A DNA stretch of 64,000 nucleotides from Squalus acanthias. Taxonomy: Eukaryota. Below the pieces are notes generated by a model. The model was not told where the DNA came from. It did no database searches and was given only the letters and a program-made list of their open reading frames with translations. The stretch is from assembly GCA_030390025.1 (NCBI GenBank), contig CM059425.1:206584001-206648000 (forward strand), read 5' to 3'. The position numbers and the translations under genes are program-made. The number at the start of each line of letters is the position of its first letter. Within the stretch, counting starts at the first letter, position 1. This document shows, piece by piece, positions 60,712 through 64,000 of the stretch.

Positions 60712-61904
60712 ATTTCAAATGAATGCAGCAATTGCTTCTCCTGCTCTCCCCCAAGTTAGCATCTATGGTCAACAGCTTCAGTGCAAGGCGTTCTGCAGCT
60801 GCTCTAAGAGACAGCAGCCTGGGTGAACATTTATAAACTTTATCAATCCTTCCCTTGGGTTGACCTCAATTTCTTTCTGAGATCTGACAACCCGTCATAG
60901 AAGAGTGCAAGTTCTTCCTAAGATTTGCACCTTCTCCTTGGTGCTATTCTTTCCTTTACTGAGTCTCATTTGAACCTTCTGTTAAGTTCTTTGTTTTGTG
61001 GAGATTGTGTTCAAACATCATGCAGTCTCTTCCCGGGGGGTGGGGCAGAGGGGGGTGGGGTGGGGCTGATTGAATGGGAAGATATTGCATGTAAAGAGTT
61101 GCAGATAAAATTTCAAGGATGTAACTACATATGGGGGAAAAATTGTCGCAATGCTGAAAAGGCTGTGAGTTTTTTAAAAATATATTTCAGCCTTTCCAAA
61201 AACTGTATAGGGCAAAAAACAACTGCTCTGAAAATTTGTGGGCCTTTGATCCCAATGTAACTGCTGAAATCTGTCTACTGAGAAGCTCCAGTGCTGATCC
61301 TGCTGGAGTAGCTGGCCCAAGTATGGATATCACAAAATGCTGCCTGCCAACCTGTTCGACGTTTACTGTTGGCCCATGCCAAACTCTCGCACAACCTTAA
61401 TAGCTTGTTAATTTACCATCATTAACACCATAGCTTCCTGGTAGCCAAGAACACTGGTGCCCAGCATTTCAATGGCAGACATAGGATGTGTAATCAACCA
61501 CAGGGCAATTGGTTACATGCCTTTTGGCTGGAAATTTATTAACAAATATCTTCTTCAGCTGCCGTGGAACCATCTGGTCACACTCTGCTGCTCCAGGAGC
61601 CCAGGGTCACCAGCAGTGATTTTCTTCCCTCCCCTGAGGGACAGGCTCGAGTGGCTGAATGGCCTACTCCTGTTCCTATGTTCTGAGTTGGGCTGCTCAT
61701 CAAAATTATTTGAATGAGGCTGACCCCAGAAAATTCACCAGGATGGGACAAAGGGCAAAATCCACCAAAGAGGAAAGTCACAATTTTTTGGTTTGTAAGT
61801 GAAATTATGGTAGCAATGAAATCTGAACTCGCACCAAGTCCCATTCACCCATCACCCCTGTGCTCTCAGACCGACATTGGTTCCCAGTCTAGCATCATCC
61901 CAAC

Positions 61905-63006
61905 TTTCCATGGTTGACATGGCCTTCGACCATGTCCGTCCCATTTCCACCACTTCTGCTCTAACCCCTTCCCCTCCCTCCCAGAACCATGATAGGGCTC
62001 CCCTTGTCCTCACCTTTCACCCACCAGCCTCCACATTCACCGGATCATCCTCCACAATTTCCCACCACCTCCAGCGTGATCCAACCACCAAACACATCTT
62101 CCCCTCCCCTCCCCTTTCAGCATTCCAAAGGGACTGTTCCCTCCGAGACACACTGGACCATTGTTCAATCACCTCTAATACCCCTTCTCCCTCCCACAGC
62201 ACCTTCCTGTGCAAGCGCAGGAGATGCAACACCTGCCCTTTCACCTCCTCCCTTCCCACTGTCCAGGGCCCCAAACAGTCCTTCCATGTGAAACAGCGAT
62301 TTACTTGTACTTCTTGCAATTTAATATACTGTATTCGCTGCTCACGATGCGGTCTCCTCTACATTGGGGAGACTAAACGCAGATTGGGTGACCGCATTGC
62401 AGAACACCTCCGTTCAGTCCGTAAGTGTGATCAAGCTCCGGTCGCCTGTCACTTTAATTCTCCACTCCACACCCACTCTGACCTCTCTGTCCTCGGCCTC
62501 TTACACTGTTCCAATGAAGCTCAGTGTAAGCTCGAGGAACAGCACCTCATCTTTCAATTAGGCACTTCACAGCCTTCTGGACTCAACATCGAGTTCAATC
62601 ATTTCAGACCATAACCTCTGCCCCTATTTTTTCACATGGCAGCTGTTGATGTTTCTGCCATTCCCATTTATACCTCTTCTAGACTCATCTTTTGTTTCTT
62701 TACCTGTCCCATTACCATCTTCTTTTGCCTTGCACCATCATCCCTTTTGTCATTTAATCACTCCTGCCTTCCATCCTATCACAGACCTTCCCTTTTGTTC
62801 TTTCCTCCCCTCCCCGCTTTCCCTGCCCCTGCACTTGCTTAAAATCTGTTACATCTCTACCTTTTTCCAGTTCTGACGAAAGGTCATCAACCTGAAATGT
62901 TAACTCTGTTTCTCTCTCCACAGATGCTGCCTGAACTGCTGAGTATTTCCAGAATTTTCTGTTTCTATTTCAGATTTCCAGCATCTGCAATATTTTGCTT
63001 TTGTAT
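61905..63006 (+). mobile_element. Penelope-like element family B, 5'-truncated: GIY-YIG endonuclease and pLTR
   Basis: ORF 61877..62614 (NLIYCIRCSRCGLLYIGETKRRLGDRIAEH..VACHF..LEEQHLIF..PSGLNIEF). Confidence 0.92.
62869..62905 (+). ncRNA. Minimal type I hammerhead ribozyme motif
   Basis: AGUU-CUGACGA-A-AGGUC(AUC)aACCU-GAAA-uG-UU-AACU; two CpG-type changes relative to the 35796-35827 copy; TTAAAA at 62839 and Inr CCAGTTC with A at 62869. Confidence 0.78.
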
Positions 63007-64000
63007 TAAAATTCTCATCCTATTTTCAAATCCCTCCATGGCCTTGCCTCTCGCTATCTTTGTAACCTCCTCCAGCCCCCCAAGAACTCTGTGTTCCTCC
63101 AACCCTGGCCTCTTGCATATCCTCGATTTCCATTGCCTCAGCTTTGGAAGCTGTGCCTTCAGCTGACTAAGCCCTAAGTTCTGGAATTCCCTCCCTAAAC
63201 TCTCTGCCTCTCTAACTCTCTCTCTCCTCTTTTAAGATGCTCCTTAAAATCTACCTCTTTTCACCTGCCCTAATATCTCTTTATGTGGTTTGGTGTCAAA
63301 TTTTGAAGCACCTTGGGACGTTTTACTACATTAAGGCACTATATAAATGCAAGTTGTGTTGCTGTTGTGTGTGCAGACATCATTCATAGCCAGGTTTAGA
63401 AGTGGCTTTGATGAAGTGGCATGAATGGAAACTGAGTGAGTTAAATGGGTCTGTAGATGATGATGGCCCCCAAAATCCACATTAATTGCAGTATAATTCC
63501 CATTGAGGTGGATGGGGCCATGTGGGGTTGGAAATTGGACCAGGTCCAAGTTCTGCCCAAACTCTGTTCCATTTGCTGTGCACTAGCATTTCTGCCGGGT
63601 GTGCGAGGGGACGCTGCTTCAGGCCTGATGTCACTGAGAGGGGCGGAGCTGGTGAAACTTATCTCCAACATTATACATGCCCACATGACGCAGGTGTTCA
63701 TATACTGCCAGGACCTCATCCTGGTGGAAGTAGGGCCAAGAAGATTTTGAAAGGTTATATTTCCTAGGGCATCTGCTCACTGAGCAATTAGTTGGCATAA
63801 GGAAATCGGGCCATTTTGAAGATTTTTATCCATCACCACCAGCTCTCGGTCACAGCAACATGGTGCTGCTGAAAGTTCCCACCCCATCTCCACACCTCCC
63901 TCCACTCGCCCCCCTCACACCCCCACCCCCACCCCACCTAGTGTGCACTCGAGCTGTCCTGCAAATGGTGCAGGAACCTGCCTACTGTATGCTCATGTTC

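Larger units (their letters stand above)
61826..63370 (+). mobile_element. L2 3' fragment split by a Penelope-like element
   Basis: Pieces 61826-61894 and 63007-63370 match the L2 3' region and tail. Confidence 0.8.

Overview
Eukaryotic, repeat-dominated DNA. The repeat repertoire (CR1 and L2 LINEs, SacSINE1/Deu-type tRNA SINEs, Penelope-like elements, many PIF/Harbinger transposons) suggests a cartilaginous fish; this is an inference. I found no intact host gene, rRNA, tRNA gene or CRISPR array. Nearly all long ORFs are decayed transposon proteins: CR1 ORF1 esterase and ORF2 EN/RT, L2 RT, Harbinger DDE transposase, its Myb/SANT partner, and Penelope GIY-YIG. Main signals: (1) minimal hammerhead ribozyme motifs in three Penelope-like families; in the two longer copies the motif starts at or beside an Inr located 30 nt after a TATA-like box, and three short TSD-flanked retrocopies start at that same point; (2) Harbinger elements in different architectures: transposase+Myb, ~2 kb transposase-only, and a Myb-remnant MITE; (3) a Harbinger whose interior is replaced by foreign DNA, including an exon-like segment; (4) deep nested insertions, solo LTRs, locally templated insertions and a candidate PBX-HOX/MEIS/TCF enhancer. 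Coordinates were counted by eye. Boundaries without a TSD are approximate, and family names come from recalled motifs, not database searches.
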